DNA of 63,345 nucleotides, the filler included, from Bigelowiella natans CCMP2755 (Eukaryota; Protista; Cercozoa): assembly GCA_000320545.1 (NCBI GenBank). It is 7 parts of 7 records of this genome, joined end to end, with 100 filler letters (N's around TTAATTAATTAA, not from the genome) between each part and the next. Parts side by side here need not be neighbours in the genome. Positions count along the whole stretch, not along the records: positions 55,315 to 63,345 come from ADNK01001084.1; 6 more parts are not named here. The stretch is one strand, 5' to 3'. The translations under genes and the position numbers were made by a program. The notes beneath the pieces were generated by a model. It searched no databases and was not told the DNA's origin. It was given only the letters and a program-made list of their open reading frames with translations. Shown piece after piece: positions 61,823-63,345 of this stretch; the stretch's first letter is position 1, and each line of letters starts with the position of its first letter.

Positions 61823-63139
61823 ATCGCAGTGGTGAGAGTAGGAGCACACACCCTCAAGTGTCATGATGCATCCCTTTGAAGGAGCGTCCCTTATAATTAA
61901 ATTAATGTCCACAGTCGATAAGAAATTGTACGGTATCATCATCATCCTCATCATCATCATCATCATCCTCATCATCAATATCATTTCATCATGGTGCGTC
62001 ACAACAACCGACGACGTCAGATCTGTTTGTGAGTCGCCGACAAATATTCGTGAACGCGGTCAATTCGTTTCTGCCCCTCCCCGCTCATGACATCTTTTCT
62101 GTGTTTGAAGTGTTGATGGCAGGTTGTTTTGTGTTAATATTACCCTAGCTTCTCTATGATCTCTGCTGTAACCTAGGAAGTAGCGATTCGAGCGAGAGAA
62201 GACACATAAGCACTCAGAAACGTCGGGTAAGAACGATAGTGATATCAGTGAAGAAAGATGTTCCTATTGCCAACGAGCAGGGTGGGGAGAGGGGGAGACG
62301 GAAGAAGGGAGGGGAGGATACGAATGAGTACTACTACTATCGTTACCTCATCAGGGCTCTTTCCGAGAACGTTGATTGCCACTGGGGAAGGATCCTGCAT
62401 GTGTTAAACAAAAACCATGCATGTGTTACTACTACTATTACTACTACTGCTGCTGCTCGATTATCTATCTCCTGCTTCCCCTCCTCCTTCCCCTCCTCAC
62501 ACCCTTCATATTAGTCGCTGCTGACTGACCGCCTTATCGCTCGGGAGAACGCCCTTGTCGATCGCCAGCTTGATACCGACAGCAAGCTTGGCGTTATCAT
62601 CATCATCCCTCTTCTTGATTTCCGCTGTTGTGATTGCGGAGAGCTTGGCGAACCCTTGATGGTCTTTGAAGGCTGCGATGATTGCTTCCGAGGTTTCACT
62701 GCAACGCAAAAAACACGACCGCGACAACGGCGACGGCGCAAGTCATTTATTTGCAAAGAAGGAGCATAGACAGGGGGGGGACACACTACTGCTCGGACGA
62801 CTGATTACGTGCTCGCCGTCTTGCGTGTTTGTGATAATGTTGTGGCAAACAATGCGAGACCAAAAATGCAAGCGATGTCATCATCAGCGGCGAGAGAGAA
62901 TGCCTCCCCCTCGCTCACGCTTCTCTCTCCCTCTCTCCATCTCCAAAGAGAAAACAAGCAACCAACTCACCTGCCTACCTACCTAGCTACTACCTATAGC
63001 TACTACCTGTTTTGTTTTTCCAATGTCTCAACTGGCACATTGCGTAGTTTCGCCAATGCCTCTTCCTCTTCCTAGCATGGCGATAGTTGAACGAAAAGCA
63101 GTAATTGTTTTAGAGCGAGGGGGGGGGGGGCGAGGGAGG

Positions 63140-63177
<38 letters not shown>

Positions 63178-63345
63178 CAAGTTTCCCCCCCTCACACAAA
63201 CTCAAATCCGAGCAAATTTACATGCCGTGGTATGAATGCGTGTCCCTTCTACCTTTTTCTTCTGCTCAGCCTCACGGGCTGCGCGTTTTTCTGCGATCCT
63301 TTGCTGCAGTCCTGAAAGGGGAGGAGGGGAGCGAAGAATAGAATC
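59445..63345 (-). CDS. Cytidylate-kinase-like P-loop protein with Glu/Lys-rich C-terminus; 5' end off the window
   Basis: Spliced IMTLEG-LSGTGKGTTVAKL (Walker A), WSNGDIFRSITL, VATNIPKVA, VEGR, matching CMK layout; assignment of the final KEE-rich exon is tentative. Confidence 0.72.

Overview
Intron-rich eukaryotic nuclear DNA from a flagellated protist with a secondary plastid. A chlorarachniophyte is my inference, from BBS9, a class I PI3K and a bipartite signal+transit leader. The window consists of seven contigs joined by six artificial 100-bp N-TTAATTAATTAA-N spacers. Host genes: CHK2-like FHA kinase, TAF6, a multi-EF-hand protein, a plastid-targeted SnoaL/DUF2358-like membrane protein, a PH/pseudokinase plus MAP2K locus, class I PI3K (3' part), topoisomerase II (5' part), a CCR/DFR-like reductase, BBS9 (3' part), a bacterial-type sirtuin, a WD40 protein, aspartate aminotransferase, an MFS transporter and a cytidylate-kinase-like P-loop protein. 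Mobile DNA: two ends of a young Ty3/Gypsy family, a decayed pogo/DDE_1-like transposase and a long-TIR MITE family. The strongest signal is that old repeats have lost almost all TpA dinucleotides except CTAG and its half-sites. Homologous repeat copies within the window show TA>TG/CA substitutions, which points to a RIP-like, adenine-directed (TAH>TGH) hypermutation process. Separately, the Gypsy integrase ends in a degenerate Dam-like N6-adenine methyltransferase domain, and both visible LTR flanks sit in TpA-stripped DNA. Exon coordinates and counts were read by eye and are approximate.
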